Notes: generated by a model not told the origin, from the sequence alone. A stretch of 32,000 bases of DNA from Candidatus Nanogingivalaceae bacterium (GCA_015257795.3 CP072208.2:30001-62000); one strand, 5' to 3'. Positions 1 to 7,916 are shown, counted from the stretch's first letter. A program made the numbers and translations.

Positions 1-155
1 TCCTTATGAACATCAGTTTGTTTCTCGGAGACAAATCCTTTAAACCGTACCAAGGTTCCTTTAGGTGATAAATCAGGATCAATTCCAATATAAAATTGAT
101 TATCAATGGAGATAACGCCACATGCAACGCCACAATAAGTAAACAAAATAGACAT
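1..155 (-). CDS. hypothetical protein, N-terminal fragment (gene runs off the left edge)
   Basis: Minus-strand ATG at 155-153 preceded by AGAGG. The frame stays open to position 1 (MSILFTYCGVACGVISIDNQFYIGIDPDLSPKGTLVRFKGFVSEKQTDVHK...). Too short for the ORF track. No family recognised. Confidence 0.35.
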   Translation of the reverse strand, partial: MSILFTYCGVACGVISIDNQFYIGIDPDLSPKGTLVRFKGFVSEKQTDVHK

Positions 156-227
156 AGTACCTCTATTATTTTATTAATTCTTTATATGTCCCAAGCAATC
201 TTACGCTAGTCAACTATAAACTACATG

Positions 228-776
228 CTAAATCTGTTTTGATGGTTTCGAGAAAAATAATAAATATATTCCAAACACAAGCTTAATCGCTGAGTCAATA
301 TATGCTATCAATCCTAAAGGTATAGCAATAAAAATGTATCCTACAAAAATATTAATGGCGCAAATAAGACCTAGATATATCATTGATTTTCCATGCACAA
401 AATAATACGGGAAAAAATGTAGTGCAGTTGCCATCAGCGCTCCCAGCCAAATTAATCTCCAATTCTCAGTCGCAAAGAATGGTCCACCCAGCAAAACCAT
501 TAAGATAAATAATAGAATAACGGCACGTGAAGATATTTTCTTTTGAAATTCACTCGAGGGGCCATCGGATAGTTTAGTTAGCACCTTTTTATTCATGTTG
601 ATTGAGAAAAAACTAATAACATATCCAATACTAAATATTTGCATATTTATTATTTGCTTTCCTCCTATTAAAGTAGCTATCGAAATAATCGCCGCTATTA
701 CAATTAGCCACAATCCACACGCTCTCTTATAATTGAATTCTAACTTTTCATCTTTATTGTAGCCTAAAAAAGCCAT
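228..776 (-). CDS. polytopic membrane protein, unknown function
   Basis: The ORF track entry 228..788 starts at a GTG. I prefer the ATG at 776 (MAFLGYNKDE...) because GGAG lies 6 nt upstream. Several long hydrophobic segments. No family recognised. Confidence 0.6.
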   Translation of the reverse strand: MAFLGYNKDEKLEFNYKRACGLWLIVIAAIISIATLIGGKQIINMQIFSIGYVISFFSINMNKKVLTKLSDGPSSEFQKKISSRAVILLFILMVLLGGPFFATENWRLIWLGALMATALHFFPYYFVHGKSMIYLGLICAINIFVGYIFIAIPLGLIAYIDSAIKLVFGIYLLFFSKPSKQI

Positions 777-870
777 AAAAATCTCCACTAATCTCTAATA
801 TTTACACCCCACTATATTGCTATTCTTTATTAAGGAGTTTTAAAAATAGCAATATAGTTTTTCGAATACT

Positions 871-2652
871 TTATTTTTTAGGATTTTTCTTCTTCTTTTT
901 AAGGATGAGTGCAATCGCTGGGGTAATAGTTGCAGTAATTAGGACGGTAAGAACTAGAAGATTATTCTGTTCGTCTTGTTTTTTCTTATCTTCTCGCAAG
1001 AACCCTGTTTCTGGTGAATTGATACGCTGATTTTTAACTTCAGGGTTATGTTTTTCTTCTGCTGGTTTAGAATTGTCAGCTTCAGCTTTTTTAGCAGCGA
1101 TTAATTCTTTAATTTTTTGAAGTTTTTCGGTTAATTCTTTACGCTTATTTTCATCTTTAACTTTCGAAATCAAATTCTCGGCATTAGCAATCTCTGAATT
1201 AATGTCTTCAAGCTTATTGTCATCAAGATTTTTCTGGATATTTTCTAGAGAATTATCTGCTTTTTTCTGATTTTCAGCTTCTTTATTAAGCAGCTCTTTA
1301 ATCTTATTATTTAGGTTATCAGCCGCAGTTTTTATTTCTTCTTCTGTAGTTAAAGGTTTATCGATTAACTGTTTCGCGTCATCAATTAAACTTTCCGATA
1401 TATCATTTTTAATATAATCTGGCTGATTATCTAAATTCTTGAGCGCATCTTTAACTGGATCGCGCGAGATTGTTCCAAAAATAAGGTGGAATTTAACAGT
1501 AGTTGAATTTCCATATTCATTGATTGCGGTTGAAGTTATGATGAAATCACCTTTTAGCTGATTTTCTTGATTATTTAAAACTTCGTCGGCGTCATTTCCG
1601 AATAGGATAACTCTAGATGTGTCACTTGTTGCGTAATAGCCTGATGTTTTTGAAATTTCGGTTCGTAAACTCTCTTTAAGATTGTCCAAAACTGATTTTG
1701 TTAATTTTGTAGAGGTTTTATCGAAATTTAATGTTGTGTTTTCTGTGAGCGGAGTGTCTTCAAATTCAATTACTGGTTTTTCGGCAGAATTTACATCAAT
1801 TCCCTCAACTGTAATTGTGGATTTACTGAAATTCAAATTGAATTTATTTCCACTCGGTAGTGTATTATTTTTTTCGTGAACTTCAAAATTATAATTGCCT
1901 TTTAAAACAGGTTTAATAATCTTAACATACCCGCCATCTTGTTTAGGATTTCCATCGGCATCAGTATTAACGAAGTTCTCGTTTTCTTCAATTGGCATAG
2001 TTGTTCCATCAAAGTTGATGAATGGATTTTTGAAAACTTTTTGCGACTTCTGCACTTTGATTTTTGCATTTGATCGAACGCCCCAAACTGAGGCACGTGG
2101 AAGTTCCTTAAGGAATGAAAAATCAGTGATAGGATTATCGTGAATCCAAAGCAATCCAACTTGCTTCCAATTTTTTACGGCTGACATATCTGAAATATTT
2201 GACGAGCTTAAATAAGCCGTTTTAATTTTAGTTAATGTTTCGGCTGCAGAAATATCTTTCAAGCTACTCATTCCAGAGACGTGAATCACTTCAAGGTTTG
2301 TGAAATATTGAATTCCTTCAAGATTTTCGAAATTACGATAAGCTGCATCCGGCCAAAATGAAGTCATTTTTTTAGCAGCGCCCACCGTAATTGGACTATC
2401 GAGATTTCGGGAAGTGTCAGTTTTCATTAAAACCGAATTTAATGCACGCTTAAAATTATTATCTGTAAATTTAATTTCGTAACTATCTGGCGCGGTGCTT
2501 GGGTCAACCGGGTTAACTGCCGAAGTATAAGCTAATGCTTTTGAAAATATATTCTGTTTATTAGTTAATTGTACTCCATAATACCCGACACCAAAAACTA
2601 AAACAGCCACAGCAACTGCAGGCATTAATATCCTATGATTTTTTACTCTCAT
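871..2652 (-). CDS. cell-surface protein: N-terminal anchor, internalin-like leucine-rich repeats, coiled-coil stalk, C-terminal SPETG sorting-signal-like tail
   Basis: 593-aa ORF. Hydrophobic N-terminus (MPAVAVAVLVFGVGYYGV). LRR-like segment (LEGIQYFTNLEVIHVSGMSSLKDIS...LSSSNISDMSAVKNWKQVGLLWIHDNPITDFSFLKEL). Long K/E-rich coiled coil. Then SPETG, a hydrophobic stretch (LLVLTVLITATITPAIALIL) and a KKKKKNPKK tail. AAGGGGA SD upstream. Confidence 0.75.
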   Translation of the reverse strand: MRVKNHRILMPAVAVAVLVFGVGYYGVQLTNKQNIFSKALAYTSAVNPVDPSTAPDSYEIKFTDNNFKRALNSVLMKTDTSRNLDSPITVGAAKKMTSFWPDAAYRNFENLEGIQYFTNLEVIHVSGMSSLKDISAAETLTKIKTAYLSSSNISDMSAVKNWKQVGLLWIHDNPITDFSFLKELPRASVWGVRSNAKIKVQKSQKVFKNPFINFDGTTMPIEENENFVNTDADGNPKQDGGYVKIIKPVLKGNYNFEVHEKNNTLPSGNKFNLNFSKSTITVEGIDVNSAEKPVIEFEDTPLTENTTLNFDKTSTKLTKSVLDNLKESLRTEISKTSGYYATSDTSRVILFGNDADEVLNNQENQLKGDFIITSTAINEYGNSTTVKFHLIFGTISRDPVKDALKNLDNQPDYIKNDISESLIDDAKQLIDKPLTTEEEIKTAADNLNNKIKELLNKEAENQKKADNSLENIQKNLDDNKLEDINSEIANAENLISKVKDENKRKELTEKLQKIKELIAAKKAEADNSKPAEEKHNPEVKNQRINSPETGFLREDKKKQDEQNNLLVLTVLITATITPAIALILKKKKKNPKK

Positions 2653-2700
2653 TACTATCCCCTTTTAAACTATTTCGCTTAAGTCTATTTTACTGTAAAT

Positions 2701-2729
2701 TTGCTTAAAAATCAATACCGTGCTAAAAT
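2701..2729 (+). promoter_or_regulatory. sigma70-type promoter of the 2758 ORF
   Basis: TTGCTT (2701-2706), 17 nt, TAAAAT (2724-2729) with TG at the extended -10 position. Confidence 0.5.
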
Positions 2730-2757
2730 GGTAACACTTTTCGAAAGGGGTGGTATT

Positions 2758-3093
2758 ATGAATTCGAAAGAACTTTTAAACAGATTTGGCTCGACAAACT
2801 TATTTTTAGCTTTAAACGCTATTTTCTATACTCGCCGAGTTAAAAATCCAGAAAAAACAAGGTTATTGTCGAATGAGAAAAATTTCGATTTTTTATTTTT
2901 AGAAATCGAACTTTATAAACCAATGGGAGTTTTTGGAAGAAAAAGTTTCTTTTTTAGATTAAACAAGAACAATTTAAAAGAAGCAACAAAAGCTTTCCAA
3001 AATCAAGAAATCAAAAACTGGTATATTCGTAAAGTTTTTTCTGTATCTTTTTTTGAGGGCAGAAGGAGGATGCAAATCTATAGTCAAGTCTAA
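2758..3093 (+). CDS. small basic hypothetical protein (111 aa)
   Basis: ATG 2758 (MNSKELLNRF...) with GGGGTGG SD 5 nt upstream and its own promoter. K/F-rich. No family recognised. The track's TTG start at 2701 coincides with the -35 box. Confidence 0.45.
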   Translation: MNSKELLNRFGSTNLFLALNAIFYTRRVKNPEKTRLLSNEKNFDFLFLEIELYKPMGVFGRKSFFFRLNKNNLKEATKAFQNQEIKNWYIRKVFSVSFFEGRRRMQIYSQV

Positions 3094-3097
3094 AATT

Positions 3098-3127
3098 AGC
3101 CGTTCGTAGGAGCGGTTTTTTATTTTT
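3098..3127 (+). terminator. weak intrinsic terminator after the 2758 ORF
   Basis: AGCCG / CGGTT 5-bp stem (one G-U) with a 10-nt loop, followed by TTTTTATTTTTT. Confidence 0.35.
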
Positions 3128-3128
3128 T

Positions 3129-3155
3129 AAAATCGCCCGGTAATTGAGCGATTTT
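3129..3155 (-). terminator. terminator-family copy 1 (downstream of murE)
   Basis: Transcript sense: AAAATCGCTC-AATTACC-GGGCGATTTT. The stem has a conserved U-G pair. Same sequence family as 15128, 19248 and 21265. Confidence 0.5.
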
Positions 3156-3179
3156 ATATAATTATAAGTTTTTCGAAAA

Positions 3180-4490
3180 TTATTTTTTAAAGATTTCTTT
3201 TGAAATTTCACGAACAATTTCGGTGTCGTTCCAAGGGGTTTTTTCGCCATCGATTATACGATAAACTTCATGGCCTAGGCCAGTAATTAATACGGTGTCG
3301 CCTTTTCCTGCAATCTGGAGGGCCTTTCGAATTGCTTCTTTTCGATCTGGAATTTCTTGGATATTTGCTGGTATTTTTCCATTCTTCTTAGAAAATCCTA
3401 CAATGACTTCTTCGCGAATTTGTTTTGCATCTTCGGTGTAGTTTTCTTCATCTGTTACGATAATTCGGTCAGCTAAATCTTGAGCGATTTTTCCCATAAT
3501 TGGGCGTTTCTCGCGATCGCGATCACCACAAGCACCGAAAACCAGAATAGTTCGATTTTTAGTGATTTTCTTTGAAGTTTGAAGAAGTTTTTCAAGTGCA
3601 TCAGGTGTGTGAGCATAATCTACCACAACTTCGAAAGGAAGATCTGATGTTGCATATTGGAAGCGCCCAGAAATTCCTTCAAGGTTAGCAATTCCTTCTT
3701 GAATATCTTGTAGTGAAATTCCTAAAAGATATGCACCAGCTGCTGCCGCAGTCATGTTGTAAACATTAAATTCTCCAGGCAAATTTGTAGCAATTTCAAG
3801 TGCTACGTTGTTGTCAATTCGCAATTTAGCTTCACTACCTTTTTTGTAAAGTTTAAAGCTTTTAATTTTAACTTCTGCTGAATCGCTTTCACCATAGGTT
3901 ATTTTTTGCTCGCTAGCTTCAAACTTATTAAAGTAATCAAAATATTTATCGTCGGTATTTAGGACGATAAAGCGTGGTTGCATTTCGAAAAGTTTAGCTT
4001 TTGCTGCAGCGTAATTTTCCATTGTTTTATGGTAATCAAGGTGATCTTGAGTAAGGTTGGTCATGATTGCCATTTCAATTGGTACACCCGCAAATTTATA
4101 TTGGTCAAGCGCGTGTGAAGTCGCTTCAATTAGTGCAAATTCAACATCGGCTTTTTTTGCATCGTGAAAGAATTTTTGTAATTTCGAAACTGTTGCGGTT
4201 GTAGAATTGGTATCATTGACTGTTTGAACGCCTGCGATTTCGATATTTGCAGTTGAAAACATTGCTGTTTTGTAGCCAGCTTCTTTTAAAATCTCATTAA
4301 GAAAATTAACGGTAGTTGTTTTACCATTTGTACCAGTCACGGCAATCACTCGTAAATCACGAGCAGGGTTTCCATAACGCGCCGCAACTACTTTTGCGCG
4401 AGATTTTCGATAAGTTCTTTCAAGCTCAACAAGTGCCGATTTTGGCAAAACTTTTCGAGCGGTTTTAGCTAAAGTATTCTTAATGCTCAT
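3180..4490 (-). CDS. murE: UDP-N-acetylmuramoyl-tripeptide synthetase (MurE-type Mur ligase)
   Basis: 436 aa. P-loop VIAVTGTNGKTTT. DYAHTPDALEKLL and GACGDRDREKRP motifs are typical of MurE. Short N-terminal domain. Confidence 0.85.
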   Translation of the reverse strand: MSIKNTLAKTARKVLPKSALVELERTYRKSRAKVVAARYGNPARDLRVIAVTGTNGKTTTVNFLNEILKEAGYKTAMFSTANIEIAGVQTVNDTNSTTATVSKLQKFFHDAKKADVEFALIEATSHALDQYKFAGVPIEMAIMTNLTQDHLDYHKTMENYAAAKAKLFEMQPRFIVLNTDDKYFDYFNKFEASEQKITYGESDSAEVKIKSFKLYKKGSEAKLRIDNNVALEIATNLPGEFNVYNMTAAAAGAYLLGISLQDIQEGIANLEGISGRFQYATSDLPFEVVVDYAHTPDALEKLLQTSKKITKNRTILVFGACGDRDREKRPIMGKIAQDLADRIIVTDEENYTEDAKQIREEVIVGFSKKNGKIPANIQEIPDRKEAIRKALQIAGKGDTVLITGLGHEVYRIIDGEKTPWNDTEIVREISKEIFKK

Positions 4491-4496
4491 ACTTAA

Positions 4497-4525
4497 ATTA
4501 TATCACTTTTTCGAGATCAGAGCAA
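4497..4525 (-). promoter_or_regulatory. murE promoter (leaderless configuration)
   Basis: Minus sense: TTGCTC (4525-4520), 17 nt, TATAAT (4502-4497), then 6 nt to ATG 4490. No SD. Confidence 0.55.
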
Positions 4526-4528
4526 ATT

Positions 4529-4562
4529 ACAAAATAAAAACAGCTTCTTTCGAAGACTGTTT
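4529..4562 (-). terminator. intrinsic terminator after tRNA-Leu
   Basis: Minus sense: AAACAGTCTTCGAAAGAAGCTGTTT hairpin (4562-4538) followed by TTTTATTTT. Confidence 0.55.
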
Positions 4563-4576
4563 CTAAAAATAATTTC

Positions 4577-4661
4577 TGGTACACGAGAAAGGACTTGAAC
4601 CTTCACGCCAATTGGCACTAGTTCCTAAGACTAGCGTGTCTACCAATTCCACCACTCGTGC
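4577..4661 (-). tRNA. tRNA-Leu(UAG), class II, CCA encoded
   Basis: Reverse complement is GCACGAGTGGTGGAATTGGTAGACACGCTAGTCTTAGGAACTAGTGCCAATTGGCGTGAAGGTTCAAGTCCTTTCTCGTGTACCA. Anticodon stem CTAGT/ACTAG, loop CTTAGGA. Long variable arm. GTTCAAGTC T-loop. Confidence 0.93.
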
Positions 4662-4675
4662 AAAATTACTTTACT

Positions 4676-4704
4676 ATTTTAACTGATATTTTTTGAAAAG
4701 TCAA
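4676..4704 (-). promoter_or_regulatory. promoter of tRNA-Leu
   Basis: Minus sense: TTGACT (4704-4699), 17 nt, TAAAAT (4681-4676), 14 nt upstream of the mature 5' end. Confidence 0.5.
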
Positions 4705-4729
4705 GGATTTTTTCAAAAAATAGATTTTT

Positions 4730-4817
4730 TGGCGGAGAGAACAGGATTTGAACCTGCGAGAGCTTGCGCCCAACACGCGTTCCAGGCGTGCGCCTTAAAC
4801 CACTCGGCCATCTCTCC
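4730..4817 (-). tRNA. tRNA-Ser(GGA), class II, CCA encoded
   Basis: Reverse complement is GGAGAGATGGCCGAGTGGTTTAAGGCGCACGCCTGGAACGCGTGTTGGGCGCAAGCTCTCGCAGGTTCAAATCCTGTTCTCTCCGCCA. Anticodon stem CACGC/GCGTG, loop CTGGAAC. Confidence 0.93.
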
Positions 4818-4825
4818 ATAAAAAT

Positions 4826-4854
4826 ATTATAACACGCTAAAACTATTAGTCCAA
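4826..4854 (-). promoter_or_regulatory. promoter of tRNA-Ser(GGA)
   Basis: Minus sense: TTGGAC (4854-4849), 17 nt, TATAAT (4831-4826), only 8 nt from the mature tRNA 5' end. Confidence 0.5.
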
Positions 4855-4936
4855 ATTAAATATATAAGCTAAACTTTTTAAATAAATCGTGCTATAATTT
4901 CAAATATAATTATCTAATATTTTAAGGAATGAGTTA

Positions 4937-5338
4937 ATGCAAGAAAAATCAATTTTTACACGAATTATCGAGGGTGAAATTCCCTGTCATAAGGTTTACG
5001 AAGACGAAAAAGTTTTTGCAATGCTTGATATCGAGCCACTTTCGGACGGCCATGTTTTAGTTTTTCCAAAAAAGCAAGTTGATTTGCTTTGGGATTTAGA
5101 GCAGGATGACTATGATTATTTGTGGCAAATTGCTAAAAAGATTGCTAAAAAAATTCAAGCTGAAATGAAACCAATTCGTGTGGGTGTTGTGGTTGAAGGC
5201 TTTGGCGTGCCACATGCGCACATTCACCTTGTGCCACTTTATGACCAAAATGTTTTGCAACTTCATCACGGCTACCCCGCTGAGACTTCACCCGAAGAAC
5301 TTGCAAAAATTGCTGCAAAGATCACTTTCGAAAAATAA
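4937..5338 (+). CDS. HIT-family (histidine triad) nucleotide hydrolase
   Basis: 133 aa. IFTRIIEGEIP N-terminus and histidine triad HAHIHLVP. AAGGAA SD. Confidence 0.9.
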   Translation: MQEKSIFTRIIEGEIPCHKVYEDEKVFAMLDIEPLSDGHVLVFPKKQVDLLWDLEQDDYDYLWQIAKKIAKKIQAEMKPIRVGVVVEGFGVPHAHIHLVPLYDQNVLQLHHGYPAETSPEELAKIAAKITFEK

Positions 5339-5345
5339 AAAATAA

Positions 5346-5365
5346 CCCCACAATTTGTGGGGTTT
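5346..5365. terminator. bidirectional intrinsic terminator
   Basis: CCCCACAATTTGTGGGG hairpin (5346-5362) flanked by an A-run and a T-run. Lies between the convergent HIT gene and the 5398 gene. Confidence 0.6.
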
Positions 5366-5397
5366 AAAAAAGTGAGATGTTAGAGAATTAAGCTGCG

Positions 5398-5700
5398 TTA
5401 AAGCATAACAATACCTTCTTGTGTCCAAAAATCAATTTCTTCTTTTGTTGTTTGACCATATCGAGGATCGTGCTTAGATACAATATGCATTGAAAAGTTA
5501 CCGGTCTTATTTTTAAATAAGTAGTTTCGTAATTGACGTTTGTATGTTTGCAAGAAGTCATGTCGTTTTTGTTCTGAAACCCCAGCAAAATTAATTCCTT
5601 CCACTACTTTGCGTGTAGGATTTTCTGATGAGTAAAGCTCCAAAACTACCCAGCCGTTATCTTTTTCAACAAACTCTGTGTAAAATTTAGCTTGAGCCAT
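5398..5700 (-). CDS. hypothetical protein (100 aa)
   Basis: ATG 5700 with GGAG 7 nt upstream (MAQAKFYTEFVEKDNGWVVLELY...). No family recognised. Confidence 0.6.
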   Translation of the reverse strand: MAQAKFYTEFVEKDNGWVVLELYSSENPTRKVVEGINFAGVSEQKRHDFLQTYKRQLRNYLFKNKTGNFSMHIVSKHDPRYGQTTKEEIDFWTQEGIVML

Positions 5701-5709
5701 ATGGAATCT

Positions 5710-5735
5710 CCGCGCTTAAAGCCCGCTTGGCTATA
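5710..5735 (-). promoter_or_regulatory. 26-nt conserved element, copy 2 (TATAGCCaaGCGGGCTTTAAgCGCGG)
   Basis: 23/26 identical to 25503-25528. Lies directly 5' of the SD of the 5398 gene. Imperfect palindrome TATAGCC-N5-GGCTTTA. Confidence 0.45.
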
Positions 5736-5864
5736 GATTTTTTCGAAACTTTCAGCTTCGAAAGCTGAGCTTAATTTTTTAAACTCAATTTTCGAAACTG
5801 AAAAATCGATCAATAGCCAATTTCTCACTTTTGAAATGTTCGCTTGTTTCACACAAGCTTTTAA

Positions 5865-5893
5865 ATTATATCATAAAAAAATAAAAAAGTCAA
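5865..5893 (-). promoter_or_regulatory. promoter of the 5398 gene (about 158-nt 5' UTR)
   Basis: Minus sense: AACTATTGACT with TTGACT (5893-5888), 17 nt, TATAAT (5870-5865). Confidence 0.5.
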
Positions 5894-5905
5894 TAGTTAT
5901 AGCAC

Positions 5906-5937
5906 AAAAAAAGAAAAAGCCTTGCAAAAACAAGGCT
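5906..5937 (-). terminator. intrinsic terminator after the 5964 gene
   Basis: Minus sense: GCCTTG-TTTTTG-CAAGGC hairpin (5936-5919) followed by TTTTTCTTTTTTT. Confidence 0.65.
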
Positions 5938-5963
5938 TGTGAGTTGTGGAATTGAGCTATTGG

Positions 5964-6305
5964 CTATCTATATTTGGCCAGCGCTTGGCAGCCAATAATT
6001 TGACCGTCGCCATTTCTCACCGTTTTAGCAGTGAGAAGAAGATCTTGCGTATTTCGGCCGCTTAAGTATGCTGCTTTAGCGGTTAGGGCACTTACAATAT
6101 AATATGTGCCCTGATCATATTCTGGTAAATCAACTGGCTCACCATAAGATGTCTCAATTATTGGAATACCTTCAAGCATTCCAATTTGAATATCCTCTTG
6201 CGCAGCTCTTGCCTTACCCTCAGATTCGAAGACTTTAATTACATTGCCTTCTTCATTCATGATGTTAATTTTATGTGGCGTCAAGTTTATAATGATATTT
6301 GTCAT
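5964..6305 (-). CDS. hypothetical protein (113 aa)
   Basis: ATG 6305 with AAGAGGAAG SD. MTNIIINLTPHKINIMNEEGNVIKVFESEG... No family recognised. Confidence 0.6.
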   Translation of the reverse strand: MTNIIINLTPHKINIMNEEGNVIKVFESEGKARAAQEDIQIGMLEGIPIIETSYGEPVDLPEYDQGTYYIVSALTAKAAYLSGRNTQDLLLTAKTVRNGDGQIIGCQALAKYR

Positions 6306-6351
6306 TTTCTTTACTTCCTCTTTCGAGGCCCTTCTATTATTTTACCAAGTT

Positions 6352-6406
6352 TACTACTTAGCAAAAAATCTTTAAAGAATCTTTAAAAACTTATTGCTAA
6401 GCAGTA
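6352..6406. repeat. inverted repeat enclosing a tandem 11-mer, upstream of the 5964 gene
   Basis: CTTAGCAA (6357-6364) pairs with TTGCTAAG (6394-6401). The loop holds AATCTTTAAAG (6367-6377) and AATCTTTAAAA (6378-6388) in tandem. Confidence 0.5.
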
Positions 6407-6536
6407 AAAAGATAATAAAATGAACAATATTTTTAGCTCAATTCTGGTAATGTTCGGTTGTGATTTTAGTATTCACAACTCCATTAATTATAGCATAATT
6501 ACAATAAAAAGTCAAATTCGAAAAAAATCAAAAAAA

Positions 6537-6545
6537 TGTTAAAAT
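6537..6545 (+). promoter_or_regulatory. extended -10 promoter of rlmH (leaderless)
   Basis: TGtTAAAAT, then 6 nt to ATG 6552. No SD. Confidence 0.5.
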
Positions 6546-6551
6546 AAGAAT

Positions 6552-7010
6552 ATGAAAATGAAAATTATTGCGATTGGTAAAAAACATGAAAAGTGGGTTG
6601 CGGGCGGGATCGAAATGTTCGAAAAACGTTTGAAAAAGCCGTTTGAAGTGGAATGGCAAATTTTGGCGCATTCGAATTTTGCCGAGGAAAAAGCTCGTGA
6701 AGAAGAAACTTTGCGAATTTTAGAGAAAATTAAGCCGAATGATTTTGTAATTTTGCTTGATGAGCGCGGTAAAAATATTTCTAGTCCGGAATTTGCGAAA
6801 TTACTTTCGAACGGCTTTGTGAATTCGCAAAATTTTGTGATTGTGATTGGCGGTGCTTTCGGAGTTACGGAAGAGCTTCGAAAACGTGCAAATTTTGTTT
6901 GGAGTCTTTCGAAATTGGTTTTTCCGCACCAAATTGTGCGATTGATTTTAATTGAACAGATTTATCGGGCGCAAGAAATTTCTTCTGGCGGAAAATATCA
7001 CCATGAATAG
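6552..7010 (+). CDS. rlmH: 23S rRNA (pseudouridine1915-N3)-methyltransferase RlmH
   Basis: 152 aa SPOUT protein. IIAIGKK...VIVIGGAFGV...LSKLVFPHQIVRLILIEQIYRA...YHHE matches the RlmH pattern. Confidence 0.9.
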   Translation: MKMKIIAIGKKHEKWVAGGIEMFEKRLKKPFEVEWQILAHSNFAEEKAREEETLRILEKIKPNDFVILLDERGKNISSPEFAKLLSNGFVNSQNFVIVIGGAFGVTEELRKRANFVWSLSKLVFPHQIVRLILIEQIYRAQEISSGGKYHHE

Positions 7011-7076
7011 TTTTATTTTGTGGAAAAACTGTGGAAAATTTTTTTCAAAAATGTACGAGAAAATAAGCTAAAGCAA

Positions 7077-7105
7077 TTGCTAAAAATCGTAAAAAAATAT
7101 ATAAT
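7077..7105 (+). promoter_or_regulatory. promoter of the ABC transporter operon
   Basis: TTGCTA (7077-7082), 17 nt, TATAAT (7100-7105), then 9 nt to ATG 7115. No SD. Confidence 0.5.
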
Positions 7106-7114
7106 AGAATTACT

Positions 7115-7915
7115 ATGGCTAAAAATGAAAAAGAAATTGTTAAACTGCGAAATTTAAAGAAGCGTTTTGGTGTTGGTGACGCTGAAAACTACGCCTTGAA
7201 TGGTGTTAATCTAACCATTAAACAAGGTGAATTTATCATAATTATGGGGCCTTCTGGCTGCGGAAAAACTACTCTTCTTAATACAATTGGGCTTCTTGAT
7301 CGTGCGACAGAAGGAGATTATATTTTTGATGGGCGAAATGTTGCGCGAATGTCGCGTTCAAAGCAGGCGCAAATTCGAAGTGAAAAAATTGGATTTATTT
7401 TCCAGAATTTTAATCTAATTCCCCGTTTAACGGTGATTGAAAACGTTGCCCTTCCCCTTGTCTATAAAGGTGTTGGTAAAGTTAAACGCCTTGAACAAGC
7501 TTCAGAAAGTTTGAAACAATTTCATCTTGGTGAGCGTGAGTTTTATATGCCGTGGCAACTTTCGGGTGGCCAAACGCAACGTGTAGCAATTGCACGAGCT
7601 CTTGTGAACAAACCATCAATTATTCTTGCCGACGAGCCAACTGGAAATCTAGATTCAAAGAGCTCGCATATTATTATGGAAGAATTGGCTGATGTGCATA
7701 AAAAAGGTAATACTATTATTATGGTAACGCACAATCCTGAATTAATGGCATACGCTACGCGGATTATTACAATGTTTGATGGAAAAATCGACACTGATAC
7801 CAAAAAGAAACCCGCTAAAAATTCTTCGAAAAAAGATGAAGAGTTGAATACACTAGACAAACTCGAACAGATGGAAGAAAAAATTGATGAAATTAAAGAG
7901 GAATTAGGAGTTTAA
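7115..7915 (+). CDS. ABC transporter ATP-binding protein (MacB/LolD/FtsE-like)
   Basis: Walker [10 protein letters not shown], signature LSGGQTQRV, Walker B IILADEPT. About 40-aa K/E-rich C-terminal extension. Confidence 0.9.
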   Translation: MAKNEKEIVKLRNLKKRFGVGDAENYALNGVNLTIKQGEFIIIMGPSGCGKTTLLNTIGLLDRATEGDYIFDGRNVARMSRSKQAQIRSEKIGFIFQNFNLIPRLTVIENVALPLVYKGVGKVKRLEQASESLKQFHLGEREFYMPWQLSGGQTQRVAIARALVNKPSIILADEPTGNLDSKSSHIIMEELADVHKKGNTIIMVTHNPELMAYATRIITMFDGKIDTDTKKKPAKNSSKKDEELNTLDKLEQMEEKIDEIKEELGV

Positions 7916-7916
7916 G

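Noticed and set aside
1682-2159. Short ORFs antisense to or overlapping large genes. Examples: 1682-1879, 1895-2143, 1902-2159, 7543-7860, 8654-8905, 10121-10456, 11028-11288, 12781-13098, 16027-16837, 17761-18042, 18333-18990, 19413-19979, 22376-23633, 23546-23959, 28015-28718 and 29276-29542
   Set aside because: Each lies inside a well-supported conserved gene on the same or the opposite strand. They lack promoter and SD signals and have low-complexity or biased composition typical of shadow ORFs.
2701-2757. TTG start of the 130-aa ORF at 2701
   Set aside because: The TTG coincides with the -35 hexamer of the best promoter. ATG 2758 has a strong SD.
5646-5852. 68-aa minus-strand ORF overlapping the start of the 5398 gene
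   Set aside because: GTG start with no SD. It lies entirely in the predicted 5' UTR and overlaps the better-supported gene out of frame. Its composition is driven by the TTTCGAAA repeats.
7018-7040. Direct repeat TGTGGAAAA-AC-TGTGGAAAA just after rlmH
   Set aside because: It is short, AT-rich and present only once. It could be an operator for the downstream ABC promoter, but there is no supporting evidence in the window.
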